The translations under genes and the position numbers were made by a program. Positions 1-9,843 of a DNA stretch of 64,000 nucleotides are shown piece after piece. Each line of letters starts with the position of its first letter. Position 1 is the stretch's first letter. This DNA is from Spirochaetota bacterium (lineage in GTDB: Bacteria > Spirochaetota > JAHITG01 > JAFGFC01). The stretch lies in assembly GCA_016931325.1 (NCBI GenBank), contig JAFGFC010000071.1:11379-75378 (forward strand), written 5' to 3'. Under the pieces are notes generated by a model that saw nothing but the letters and a program-made list of their open reading frames with translations, searched no databases and was not told the DNA's origin.

Positions 1-414
1 AGCGATATCTCTCCTGGCGTGTCCGAAACTCATGCAGAGTTTTTCTTGATTCTGGATCAGTTCAAGGAGCCACTCTTCTGTGATCCTGATATCCCTGGCG
101 CCAAATCCGACAATAAAAGGCCTGATGGATTTTACTTTGCTGTCCACTTTAATTTGTAAAGCAGGCTTTGCTTTTTTAAAAAAGGGATAGCTGTAATCTT
201 TCAGTCCGAGGTATTGATTGATCTGCCGGGCCAATCCTGAACAGGTCCACAGGTCCGGACGGTTGGTATCGTTAAATTCAATTTTATAGATCCCATCTTC
301 CAATCCTTTTAATTCAGCCTTGGCGCATTCCAGTATTTTCTCCAGTCTGGATCCTGACAATTTTGTCAAGATCTGTTTATCAAAATCTTTTTTTATAATT
401 TCTATCTTGGGCAT
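1..414 (-). CDS. pheT: Phenylalanyl-tRNA synthetase beta subunit, archaeal type, N-terminal part (runs off the window edge)
   Basis: The minus-strand ATG at 414 lies 2 nt after the pheS stop and opens a frame to the window edge (MPKIEIIKKDFDKQILTKLSGSRLEKILECAKAELKGL...). This is the pheS-pheT gene order and N-terminus typical of archaeal-type PheRS beta. It is absent from the ORF track because it lacks an in-window stop. Confidence 0.55.
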   Translation of the reverse strand, partial: MPKIEIIKKDFDKQILTKLSGSRLEKILECAKAELKGLEDGIYKIEFNDTNRPDLWTCSGLARQINQYLGLKDYSYPFFKKAKPALQIKVDSKVKSIRPFIVGFGARDIRITEEWLLELIQNQEKLCMSFGHARRDIA

Positions 415-416
415 CT

Positions 417-1985
417 TTACATCACCATTCTTGACTGCCTCACAAAATCCAGATCCCGTGAGAACAGTTCTCTGATATCATTGATCCCCATGGCCATCAT
501 GGCCATCCTGTCAACACCCAACCCCCAGGCCAGGACAGGGACCCTGACACCCAGAGGAATCGTCAATTCCGGTCTGAAAATACCTGCCCCTCCCAGCTCG
601 TACCAGCCCAGTTTGGGATGCTTGATGTGCAGTTCAACCGAGGGTTCAGTAAAGGGGAAATAAGCCGGGGAAAATTTTATATCGTCCGCTCTGGCAATTT
701 CTCTGGCAAATAAAGTTAACAGCCCCAGGAGGGTCTTGAAATTAACTTCTCTACTCAACACGATCCCTTCCACCTGGAAAAAGTCAGCCAGATGAGTAGC
801 ATCCACCCTGTCGTATCGGAAACATCTGGCAATGGCAAAATATTTCCCCGGGATCTGTGGATGGGATGCCAGCATGCGGGCCGACAGAACAGTACCCTGA
901 CTGCGCAGTAAAAGCTGTTTGGCCTTGGTCCTGTCAAATTTATACCCCCATCCTTTTGAGCCGGTCTTTGCTCCATTCTCATGAGCCTGAGCCACACTGG
1001 TAAAATAAGGTTCTTCGATTTTTTTGGCCAGTCTGGGATCTTTGAGAAAATAGTTATCATGAATATCCCTGGCCGGATGAGTCTGGGGCATAAAAAGAGC
1101 ATCCATATTCCAGAATTCTGTTTCCACCAGACCTCCCCGCATTTCAGAAAAACCAAGGGCAATGAATTTATTCTTTAAAAAATGTAAAAACTCCCTGTAG
1201 GGATTCTTGCGGCCAATGATAATATGAGGAGCCGGCAGGTCAAGATTGTACCGTCTGAATTTCTTGTTCTGCCATTTCTTCTCCTTTAACATTTCAGGAC
1301 TTAGCTGCGATATCTCATCACCTGTCATTTTCTCTTTGTTAAGGATCTCTTTTATCTGTTTGCCTTTTTCTGTCATGATGTATGATACAATATCGGTCTC
1401 GTGTATTTTGAAACATTTCTTATAAAGAGAATAATCTTTCGCTTTTTCCAGACAGTTCTTCTGTTCAAGGGACAATTTTGATTCATCAAAAATTTCCGTA
1501 CTGTCTTCCGGCAAATGTTTCAGGGTTTCATAAAAATCATTATGATAAGAAATATCTTTTTTTTCATCCAGATAATAAGATCCCTCTTCCTCTAACAGCA
1601 GCCCGTCTTTTTTCATACTCCCGATGGTAGATCCTATATCTTCATTTTTATACTGCATTCCAAGTTCCTGCATCAGTTCAGCCGCTGTCGCTGATCTTCC
1701 GCCTTTTAACCGATCCATAATGTTTATGGCGGGGACAGGTTTTTCTTTGAATTCTTGGCCCTTTTCAGTTCTCCCAAATCGCTTGCAGGTTTTACGCCCG
1801 CTCTCTTTAATCAAACCTTTGGATAATAGCCAGTCCAGTCCTCTTCTGATCTGGCCCTCATTCAGGCCTGTTCTCAAAAGGAATTGAATATCAAAATTCT
1901 GATCGTCTGTTATCGCATTCAGTATCTTGATCTCAATAGGGTGCAGGGTATTTATGATATTACTTACCGACATGCATGACCTCAA
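417..1985 (-). CDS. pheS: Phenylalanyl-tRNA synthetase alpha subunit, archaeal/eukaryal type with N-terminal winged-helix extension
   Basis: The 522-aa length fits the archaeal type. The C-terminal class II catalytic core contains FRPELTIPLGVRVPVLAWGLGVDRMAMMAMG and the FPFTEPS motif. Confidence 0.85.
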   Translation of the reverse strand: MRSCMSVSNIINTLHPIEIKILNAITDDQNFDIQFLLRTGLNEGQIRRGLDWLLSKGLIKESGRKTCKRFGRTEKGQEFKEKPVPAINIMDRLKGGRSATAAELMQELGMQYKNEDIGSTIGSMKKDGLLLEEEGSYYLDEKKDISYHNDFYETLKHLPEDSTEIFDESKLSLEQKNCLEKAKDYSLYKKCFKIHETDIVSYIMTEKGKQIKEILNKEKMTGDEISQLSPEMLKEKKWQNKKFRRYNLDLPAPHIIIGRKNPYREFLHFLKNKFIALGFSEMRGGLVETEFWNMDALFMPQTHPARDIHDNYFLKDPRLAKKIEEPYFTSVAQAHENGAKTGSKGWGYKFDRTKAKQLLLRSQGTVLSARMLASHPQIPGKYFAIARCFRYDRVDATHLADFFQVEGIVLSREVNFKTLLGLLTLFAREIARADDIKFSPAYFPFTEPSVELHIKHPKLGWYELGGAGIFRPELTIPLGVRVPVLAWGLGVDRMAMMAMGINDIRELFSRDLDFVRQSRMVM

Positions 1986-2065
1986 TTAAAGTTATGACTT
2001 GTAAAATTATGAAAAATTAGCCTATTGTCAAGATATTTATTCGGTTATTTTAATTGGTTATCCAG

Positions 2066-2115
2066 TGTAGTCTTTTTTAACTTTTCCGGAGAGGAAAAGT
2101 TAAAAAAGACTACAC
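2066..2115 (-). terminator. Perfect 23-bp-stem hairpin between the stop of the giant signalling gene and the pheS promoter region; putative intrinsic terminator
   Basis: gtgtagtcttttttaacttttcc / ggaga loop / ggaaaagttaaaaaagactacac is a perfect inverted repeat. It sits directly downstream of the stop at 2181 on the minus strand. Confidence 0.45.
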
Positions 2116-2180
2116 CTCGAATTAAAATCACCTCAAGGGTGAGGGGGAAGAAGAAAAGAAAATCATGAAAGATATTTGAT

Positions 2181-5100
2181 CTATTTATGTTTCCGGCGGC
2201 TTCTGGTCTTTCGCTTAATGCGTGTCGGTCTCCTGATCCCCCTCTTCCCGAACACAAAAACACAGTTACGGCCTGATTCCTTGGCCTTGTATAGACTCTC
2301 ATCCGCTCGCTCGACAAACTCCAATCTGTTCTCCCCTTCCCCTAATTGCGCCACACCAATACTCAATGTCACATTTAACTCTTCAACCCTTTTCCCCACC
2401 CGGTAGCTCATCTTCAACCCTTCGGCCTCTTTACATAACTTGCCTGCCAGGTTTTCCGCTCCCTCCAGGTCTGTTTCCGGCATAATTACCACAAATTCAT
2501 CCCCTCCATACCGGGCCGCTATATCGCTTTTCCTTACATTCTCCTGGATCAGATCCGTCACCTCGATCAATACCAGATCTCCTGCCTGATGCCCGTAATC
2601 ATCATTGAACCTTTTAAAATGATCAATGTCGATGATCATGAGGCTCAATGCCTTGCCATACCTTAAGGCCTCATCAACGCTTTTTATCAGATAATTGTCA
2701 AAGAAAATCCGGTTGTAAAGTCCAGTCAGCCCGTCCGTGATCGCCCGCTGGTAAAGCCTTGCGTTCTCTATCGAGACTCCGGCCTGACCTGAGATAAGAT
2801 CAAGAACCATCAAATCCTCCTGGCTGAATAGCCCGGTCACCAGACGATTATCCAGATAGATCACACCCAGCATATTTCCACGCGCCATGATCGGCGCACA
2901 GAGAACGCTTTTTAGCCCGTACTTGACCACTGACGACTGCCCTTTCAGTACCGTGTCTGTACCCGCATCTTCCACAATAACCGGCTTTGTCTCTTTTTCC
3001 ACCTTCTCTATTATGCTCTGGCTGGAGATAAATGCTTCTCCCTTCAGCTGCCCCTTCTCCACATTCCTGACCACCCTGATTTCAAGCTCTTTCTTCTTCC
3101 CCCTCTCATCAGGATATAACAACAGTATGCCCCGCTCCGCTCCCACCAGTTCCATGGTCTTGTCCATGATCTTTTCCAACAGCTCGTCCAGGTTGAGTAT
3201 GGATGACAGATATCGGCTCGTGCCCAATACCGTGGTCATCCTCCGCTCCACCTTGAGCCGGTCCTGCGGGCTGACCTCCTCGGTTGCCTCTTTCTCTTCT
3301 TTGAGTCCCAGGGCCTGAGAGCATTCTTTGATATATTTTTTAGCTCCTATGGTTTTGAAAACAGTTAATGCTGTTTCCCGGTTTTTCATGGCTTCTTCTT
3401 TTTTCCCCATTATATCTAAAAAATTGCTGTATTCGTAATAACTTTTAGCCATTTCATATTGACGATATGTATTTTTTAAATGTTTTATACTTTTTTTAAA
3501 ACAATTTTCCGCTTTTGTCTTCTTCTTAATTAAAGCGTAGTATTTACCACATACTCTCCATGTAACACCGTAATGGGCTGGCCAGGCTTTTGTATGCTTG
3601 TGAGATTCTTTACAAATTTTTTTTATCTGTTTCATGTCTCTTTTTAACAAGATCTTATTTTTTGTCCTGGTATCTTCATTATAATATCTCATGATATAGG
3701 AATCAGCCAAATAAGGATACAGGTATACAATATAATCTTTAATAAAATTATTATTAAGATACAGCTCTTTAGCTCTTTCCAATAATTTTATTGCTTCCTG
3801 ATATTTACCCTCTTCATATTTTAAATATCCGTGTACAACGCTGGAAGAACAATATATAAACCAAACTTTGTTTTTTTTACTGACACTCAAAGCCTCTCTT
3901 CCTACTTTGTTCGCTATATCAAAATTTCCCATTTCTATATTAGCTAAAGATATATTGGCCAGTGCTGAACTTTCACCATATACATCTTTTAATCTTCTAC
4001 TGATTTCCAGGTATTGGGTTAAATAATTAACCCCTTTGGCATAATCAGACATTAATCTGTATAAAAGACCAAAACCCTGTATTATCATCCCTAATTCCCA
4101 CATATCCCCCATTCTTTCAAATTTTTCCTGTGCCAGAGTGAAAACCTCAATAGCTTTTGGATATTCTGCCTTCCAGCTATAGCCATATCCCATAAACTGG
4201 AGTGATTGAGCTAATCCCCATTCATCATTCAGTTCTTTCCTTAAAGCTATAGCTTTTTTATGATATTTTATGGATAATTTAAAAATAGGTATAGCCATTA
4301 ATAACGCAGCATATCCTCCAAAAGATATGCCTAATTCCTTTGATTTTCCTATCCTCGATTCTGATATATTTAACATCCTTAATACATTGCAGATAAATTT
4401 ACTAATATCACTTAAAATATACATCCAATTTAACGGGATATTGATCCAGACTATTTCTTTATCTTCTTCTTTGATATTTTTAATTCCCTTGCGTACAAAA
4501 ATAAATGGGAAAAGATTATGCAAAAGATGTGTAATAATTTCTTTTGTCAAAGAAATTATGATTTCTATTTTCTTTCGCGGAATTTTTTCTCCAATTAATA
4601 ATAATCCATTCGCTAAATTGTCCTCACATTTTTCCCAGTCCCCTTTTTTAAAATAAGCCGTTCCTATTTTCCGGTAAATACGGGCTTTTTCAACAGGTTT
4701 TTTCTTTAAATGCAAAAGTTCCCGACATAGATCTATCGCTTCATCATTCCTGCCAATCGTTAGATATACCGCTGATAAACCCTCTTTGGCTTGAATCCAC
4801 TCTTCTTTACCTTTCTTCCCTTTCTTTTCTAACAAGTCTATCCCTATCTGATAATATCTGATCGCATCTTCATTGGCATAGTTTACTTTCGCCTTTTCAG
4901 CTGCCGGGATGACATATTCCAAAGACTTTCGTTTATCTCCTCCTTCTGTATAATGATGTGCCAGCTCAAAGACCACACTCTCAATGTTTTTCTTATTTAA
5001 TTCTTCGATTGCTTTTGCTATTTTTAAATGAAGAGCCTGTCTTCTCTTCTTGCCGATCTTCTGATAAAAAGCATCCCGGATCTTGTCATGCACAAAGATC

Positions 5101-7103
5101 TTCTTCCCCCGTTCCAGACTTTCCTGGATCAGCTGCATGGATATGGCGTCATCCACTATCCTGACAACATCCTCCTTTGGCATCTCTACCAGAGGATACA
5201 GCAGATCGATCTCAAATTCCCTGCCGATAACAGATGACAGATAAAGTATTTCACTCTGCTTCTGGGTGAGATCCTCGATCCGTTTTAAAATAATATCGAT
5301 CATATTGGCTGATACCGGAATCCTGGCTATCCGTTTCCAGTCCGCATCCCAGTACCCTTCCTTCCATATCAGGCCTTTCTCTTCTACCAGTTCTCTCAAA
5401 ATACTTATGGCAAAAAAGGGATTTCCCCTACTTTTTCTCATCACATACCGGGTCAACTCATGGGCTTTGCTCTCCCGTTCACCCAAAAGTGAAGCCACCA
5501 TCCTGTTCATCCTGTCATAAGTAAATGATTTGATAATAATCTCTTCTAAAGCATAACCTCCTGTTTCAGCCTCATTTTTTACCCTGGTTAAACTGTGCTT
5601 TTCATCCACCTCATTATCACGAAAAGCTCCTATGATCAACAGGTTTGAATTTTTTACCTTCCCGGCGATCTCCTCAAGGAGCCTCAAGGTCCCTTCATCC
5701 GCCCATTGCAGATCATCGATATAGATCAGGCAGGCTGTAGTTTCCCCAACCAGATGACAGAAAAAATTGGATGCCACCATTAAAAATCTCTGGTTCTCAC
5801 GTTCCGGATCAAGTTTGACCAGCTGAGGTACTTCGCCCAATACTTCAGACATGTTCCCATTAAGCCGTATCACGATCTCTCCCAGATCCCCCAGAATATT
5901 TTTTATCCTCTTTATCTCTGTTTCTTTTTCTTTCTTCCCTAACCTTTCAAGATGTTTAATATACCCGTTAATCGTGTCCCGGAAAGGCTGATAGGGTGTC
6001 TTGTTCTCCTGGTCCAGACAACGGCCGCCAATGAAAAGCCCGTTCTCTTCATAACAGTAACTCCTCATCTCCTCCAAAAGACGGCTCTTGCCCACTCCCG
6101 GTTCTCCTCCTATCAAACAGACACTCCCCTGACCATCCCTGGCTTTATTAAAAAGCTTTTGCATCCTGGATACTTCTGCTTCCCTGCCCACAAGCCTGGT
6201 CTGATAACTGATCTTTACCTTCTGGTCCTTCTCCCCTATGATAAAACCCCTTTCCCCTTTCTGGAATCTTTGTACATCATATAAAAGCCCCTTGGCGCTC
6301 TGATACCGAAGCTCCGGTTCCTTGAACAACAGTTTCATCACCATCTCTTCCAGTTCACTCGATATCCCGGTCCGCACCTTGCCCGGCTTGGTCGGCATTA
6401 CAGCCACCTGCTGATGAAGCATCTTGCTGGTCTCTTTGGCCCTGAAAGGCAGTTCCCCGGTCAGCAATTGATAAAAGATAATACCCAGTGAATACAGATC
6501 ACTCCGTTCATCTATTCTTTTATTCACGATCCCCGTGGCTTCAGGCGACATGTATCCGAAGGTCCCGACCACTTCTTCCTCCCCTTTCAAATGACCCAGT
6601 TCCATGATAAAGGCCACGCCAAAATCTAAAAGTTTTGTCACATTTCCTTTGCCCTTTTTCACCAGCATAATATTGCCCGGTTTCAGGTCCCTGTGAAGTA
6701 TCCCCCGGCCATGTACATAATCCAGTGCCTCTGTCAGTTGTTTGATAATATCGATCGTTTCTTTTGTTCCAAAACTTTTCTGCTGCTCCAATTTCTCGGA
6801 CAGGCTCTGTCCGGGAATAGATTCCATGACAATGTAAGGAATATTTTTATATTCTCCGCTGGAATAGATCTTTACGATATTGGTATGGCTTAACTGGCTG
6901 ACCGCTTCGATCTCTCTTTTGAACCGGATCACATCTTCAATATAGGATGAGGTCACTCCCTGTTTGAGGAATTTTATGGCCACATCATGCTTTTTTTTTC
7001 TGTCCCTGGCCCGAAAAACAACACTCATTCCCCCTTCGCCGATCTGTTCAAGTATCTGGTATCTCGTATCAATTGTTGCGTTCTTTTTAAATTTCAGTTC
7101 CAT
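2181..7103 (-). CDS. Multidomain signalling protein: N-terminal Ser/Thr protein kinase, AAA/STAND-like NTPase, multiple TPR repeats, GAF domain, C-terminal GGDEF diguanylate cyclase, then a Lys/Arg-rich tail
   Basis: Kinase motifs GEGGMSVVFRA...AIK and HRDLKPGNIML...DFG. Walker A GGEPGVGKSRLLEE. A long TPR-like helical region. GAF-like ELLEKIMDKTMELVGAERGILLL. GGDEF motif RYGGDEFVVIM with an RKSD (RxxD) I-site 5 residues upstream. The tail reads RRPTRIKRKTRSRRKHK. Confidence 0.8.
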   Translation of the reverse strand: MELKFKKNATIDTRYQILEQIGEGGMSVVFRARDRKKKHDVAIKFLKQGVTSSYIEDVIRFKREIEAVSQLSHTNIVKIYSSGEYKNIPYIVMESIPGQSLSEKLEQQKSFGTKETIDIIKQLTEALDYVHGRGILHRDLKPGNIMLVKKGKGNVTKLLDFGVAFIMELGHLKGEEEVVGTFGYMSPEATGIVNKRIDERSDLYSLGIIFYQLLTGELPFRAKETSKMLHQQVAVMPTKPGKVRTGISSELEEMVMKLLFKEPELRYQSAKGLLYDVQRFQKGERGFIIGEKDQKVKISYQTRLVGREAEVSRMQKLFNKARDGQGSVCLIGGEPGVGKSRLLEEMRSYCYEENGLFIGGRCLDQENKTPYQPFRDTINGYIKHLERLGKKEKETEIKRIKNILGDLGEIVIRLNGNMSEVLGEVPQLVKLDPERENQRFLMVASNFFCHLVGETTACLIYIDDLQWADEGTLRLLEEIAGKVKNSNLLIIGAFRDNEVDEKHSLTRVKNEAETGGYALEEIIIKSFTYDRMNRMVASLLGERESKAHELTRYVMRKSRGNPFFAISILRELVEEKGLIWKEGYWDADWKRIARIPVSANMIDIILKRIEDLTQKQSEILYLSSVIGREFEIDLLYPLVEMPKEDVVRIVDDAISMQLIQESLERGKKIFVHDKIRDAFYQKIGKKRRQALHLKIAKAIEELNKKNIESVVFELAHHYTEGGDKRKSLEYVIPAAEKAKVNYANEDAIRYYQIGIDLLEKKGKKGKEEWIQAKEGLSAVYLTIGRNDEAIDLCRELLHLKKKPVEKARIYRKIGTAYFKKGDWEKCEDNLANGLLLIGEKIPRKKIEIIISLTKEIITHLLHNLFPFIFVRKGIKNIKEEDKEIVWINIPLNWMYILSDISKFICNVLRMLNISESRIGKSKELGISFGGYAALLMAIPIFKLSIKYHKKAIALRKELNDEWGLAQSLQFMGYGYSWKAEYPKAIEVFTLAQEKFERMGDMWELGMIIQGFGLLYRLMSDYAKGVNYLTQYLEISRRLKDVYGESSALANISLANIEMGNFDIANKVGREALSVSKKNKVWFIYCSSSVVHGYLKYEEGKYQEAIKLLERAKELYLNNNFIKDYIVYLYPYLADSYIMRYYNEDTRTKNKILLKRDMKQIKKICKESHKHTKAWPAHYGVTWRVCGKYYALIKKKTKAENCFKKSIKHLKNTYRQYEMAKSYYEYSNFLDIMGKKEEAMKNRETALTVFKTIGAKKYIKECSQALGLKEEKEATEEVSPQDRLKVERRMTTVLGTSRYLSSILNLDELLEKIMDKTMELVGAERGILLLYPDERGKKKELEIRVVRNVEKGQLKGEAFISSQSIIEKVEKETKPVIVEDAGTDTVLKGQSSVVKYGLKSVLCAPIMARGNMLGVIYLDNRLVTGLFSQEDLMVLDLISGQAGVSIENARLYQRAITDGLTGLYNRIFFDNYLIKSVDEALRYGKALSLMIIDIDHFKRFNDDYGHQAGDLVLIEVTDLIQENVRKSDIAARYGGDEFVVIMPETDLEGAENLAGKLCKEAEGLKMSYRVGKRVEELNVTLSIGVAQLGEGENRLEFVERADESLYKAKESGRNCVFVFGKRGIRRPTRIKRKTRSRRKHK

Positions 7104-7107
7104 AATT

Positions 7108-7878
7108 TCAATCGTTTTTCTTCTTTTTTCTTATCACTTTCCTGGCAAAAACAAGATAACCCGTATGGCCCACCATCCTGTCATCAGGCCTGATCCTCTG
7201 CGGATTAATCTTGTAATAACGCTGCAGAAATTCGAGTATTTCCAAACATCCAAATTTGTTATTGAAAGCACTCATCAGCTGGGATATTTGGTTGGTTGTA
7301 GGCACAATAATACCCAGCATACAGGATGGCTTTAATAGACTATAGACCAGGTCTATATAGCGCCAGGGTTCCTTTACATCCAGGAAAGCCGCATCGAAAT
7401 TTTTAAACCGGACACCTTCCTGGATATCTTTGTTGAATAATTTAACGTTGTTGTATAATTTGAAACTTTCCAGATTTTTCTTTGCCAGCTCGTAGAATTT
7501 TTTCTCTTTTTCAAATGAATAAATGTATCCTGAAGGTGCCACATGGGTGGCCATCACCATGGTCAAAGAACCGCTCCCGGTACCGCATTCAAATACCTTT
7601 GAACCGCTTTTAAGATCCAGCTTGTGTGAGATGTAAAAGGCTTCCTTGGGATAAACGATCTGCGTCTTTCTTTTCAATCCAAAAAGGAGAATATCTTCCA
7701 GAGTTGGTTTAAAGATAAAATGCTTCTTAAACTCAATACCATAAGGTTTGCCAATAACCTCTTTGAGTTTTATATTACCGGCCTTGGTGGAAAAATTTCT
7801 ATTCCTGTCGGCTTTAACGCAATATTTCCTGCCTTCTGAAAAGATAATAATATAATCATGCTCTTTGATCTTATCCAT
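7108..7878 (-). CDS. trmI: tRNA (adenine-N1)-methyltransferase, TrmI/Gcd14 family; start trimmed to the internal Met
   Basis: SAM-binding motif ECGTGSGSLTMVMA. The C-terminal ...RPDDRMVGHTGYLVFARK is typical of TrmI. The tracked ORF start at 7953 would overlap nadC by 83 nt; the ATG at 7878 (MDKIKEHDY...) leaves only an 8-nt overlap. Confidence 0.6.
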   Translation of the reverse strand: MDKIKEHDYIIIFSEGRKYCVKADRNRNFSTKAGNIKLKEVIGKPYGIEFKKHFIFKPTLEDILLFGLKRKTQIVYPKEAFYISHKLDLKSGSKVFECGTGSGSLTMVMATHVAPSGYIYSFEKEKKFYELAKKNLESFKLYNNVKLFNKDIQEGVRFKNFDAAFLDVKEPWRYIDLVYSLLKPSCMLGIIVPTTNQISQLMSAFNNKFGCLEILEFLQRYYKINPQRIRPDDRMVGHTGYLVFARKVIRKKKKND

Positions 7879-8740
7879 TTTTTCCTTTGATGAGCAGAGA
7901 AAAATCAGCTGAAGGGGCGGAGTGAGTAACAGCCCCGACAGAAATATAATCAACCCCCGTTTGCGCCATCTTCTTAATGTTCTTCAGGGTCACATTCCCT
8001 GATACCTCCAGTCTGGCCTTCCCTTTGTTCAAAAGGACAGCCTTTTTAATATCCCTTATTTTAAAATTATCCAGGAGAATGATAGGGACTCTGTTCTCCA
8101 GCGCTAACTGGAATTCCTTAAAATCTTTGACCTCAACCTCAAAAGGCTTTTTAAATTGTTTTATCTTTTCCAAAGCTTTATCAATCCCCCCAAGGGCAAA
8201 AATATGATTCTCCTTTATCAGGATCTCATCTTTAAGGTTGAACCGGTGATTCTTCCCACCGCCAATAAAAACAGCATATTTTTCCAGGGCACGTAGACCC
8301 GGTAAAGTCTTTCTTGTATCAAGAAGTATAACCCCGTATCGTTCTATCAGCGAAACCATTTTATGTGTGGTTGTGGCGATCCCTGATAAGCGTTTTAAAA
8401 AATTCAAGGCGACACGTTCCCCCTGCAGAATAGAGGCTGCTTTGCCCTTTATTCTCGCAATCGGTTGCCCTGACATGATCCTGTCACCGTCCTTTTTCAG
8501 GGCTGTTATCCTCAATGAACGATCAATCCTGTGAAAACAGTATGTGAAAATATCAAGACCACATACAATGATATTATCTTTTGACAGAACTTCAGCCTGA
8601 GCCTGTATCTTTTTACTGATCAATAACCGTGTTGTCAGATCCTGCAGACAGGCATCTTCTTTGAGAGCAATATCGACAGTAGCCTTATAGTCTATTTTAT
8701 ATTTTTTTCCGCTGATAATGGTACTGAGAATCTGGTGCAT
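7871..8740 (-). CDS. nadC: Nicotinate-nucleotide pyrophosphorylase (quinolinate phosphoribosyltransferase)
   Basis: DTRKTLPGLRALEKYAVFIGGGKNHRFNLKDEILIKENH matches the conserved NadC core. Confidence 0.85.
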   Translation of the reverse strand: MHQILSTIISGKKYKIDYKATVDIALKEDACLQDLTTRLLISKKIQAQAEVLSKDNIIVCGLDIFTYCFHRIDRSLRITALKKDGDRIMSGQPIARIKGKAASILQGERVALNFLKRLSGIATTTHKMVSLIERYGVILLDTRKTLPGLRALEKYAVFIGGGKNHRFNLKDEILIKENHIFALGGIDKALEKIKQFKKPFEVEVKDFKEFQLALENRVPIILLDNFKIRDIKKAVLLNKGKARLEVSGNVTLKNIKKMAQTGVDYISVGAVTHSAPSADFSLLIKGKNG

Positions 8741-8835
8741 AATTGCTCTAATATTAACAGCTTTTTATATAAAAATCAAATGGTTTTTAAAGCCGTAAAC
8801 TTAATATTTATTCCTTTTATACGATAATAAAATAA

Positions 8836-9843
8836 ATGGAAACAAAACGATGCAGCCTGTTTTTTCTTTACTTCCTGTGTTTACCGTGGATACTTTTTTC
8901 AGATACAAATTCTTCATCAACCAATATAAAAGAAAAATACACTAAAGAGACCATCCAATTCTGGGATAGAACTCTGCGTTTCGGCACCACACAGCAGAAA
9001 AAGGCTGTCCTTGAAACCATCAGAGATCAAAAGATCGAAGCCGCCCTGGATATAGTAAAGGACCATCTGGAAACAGAAAGGAACCTCACTGTGAAAAAGA
9101 TCATGATCGAGGCTCTGGTAACTTTAAAAGACAGATCATCCATCCCTTATCTGATCACGCTCTTAAAAGATAATTCCTTAACGAGGGATATCCATATTTT
9201 TGCCATGAATGCTCTGGGCCTTTTAAAATCTGAAAAATCCGGTGATGTTATTCTTAAATTTTTAGATTCGCCTGATATCCAACTGAAAGAGACCGCGTTG
9301 AGGGCTCTGGGTGGGATTCAATACAAACCGGCTACACCTGTTGTTATTAAAAAGCTAAAAGAAGAAGAGAATGAAAGGGTGAGAACAGAAATGATATTGA
9401 CCCTGGTCAATATCGAATCAGAAAAATCTCAGGACACCCTCATTTCCATTCTGACGAATGAGAACGAAAAATCACTTAACCGTCAATTTGCTGCTACCGG
9501 ATTAAGTCGCATAAAAAATGAAAGATCCTTTGCTATTTTATCACAATATATCGAGCGTACTGACACAGCGATAAAGGCCAGAATAACAGAGGCGTTAGGG
9601 ACCCTGGGGAATAAAAAAGCCGCCATGATCTTACAGGAATGCTTGAAAGATGATGATGATGTTATCCGGTATTATGCAGCTCTATCACTAGGAAAATTAA
9701 AGATAAAGGATGCCCTGGAGATATTAAAGTATAAAAAGGATTATGATCCTGAACTCAAGGTCAGAAAGGCATCTGAAAAAGCCATAAAACAAATTTCAGG
9801 GGAGTCAGATGAACATAAAGGACTCGGAAATACAAAAAACTAA
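8836..9843 (+). CDS. Secreted HEAT/PBS-lyase-type repeat protein
   Basis: N-terminal hydrophobic signal sequence. Repeated ~30-aa units of the form ...ALGxLGxxxAxxxLxxxLxDxDxxVRxxA... (e.g. DVIRYYAALSLGKLKIKDALEIL). Confidence 0.6.
   Translation: METKRCSLFFLYFLCLPWILFSDTNSSSTNIKEKYTKETIQFWDRTLRFGTTQQKKAVLETIRDQKIEAALDIVKDHLETERNLTVKKIMIEALVTLKDRSSIPYLITLLKDNSLTRDIHIFAMNALGLLKSEKSGDVILKFLDSPDIQLKETALRALGGIQYKPATPVVIKKLKEEENERVRTEMILTLVNIESEKSQDTLISILTNENEKSLNRQFAATGLSRIKNERSFAILSQYIERTDTAIKARITEALGTLGNKKAAMILQECLKDDDDVIRYYAALSLGKLKIKDALEILKYKKDYDPELKVRKASEKAIKQISGESDEHKGLGNTKN

Noticed and set aside
481-1887. Small ORFs from the track (481..663, 755..1162, 981..1178, 1624..1887) inside pheS on either strand
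   Set aside because: They lie entirely inside the well-supported pheS coding region and show low-complexity, biased composition, so they are spurious.
2887-3324. ORFs 2887..3318(+) and 3109..3324(-) inside the giant signalling gene (Gly/Pro/Arg-rich translation)
   Set aside because: They overlap the GGDEF-domain coding region. This is an alternative-frame artefact.
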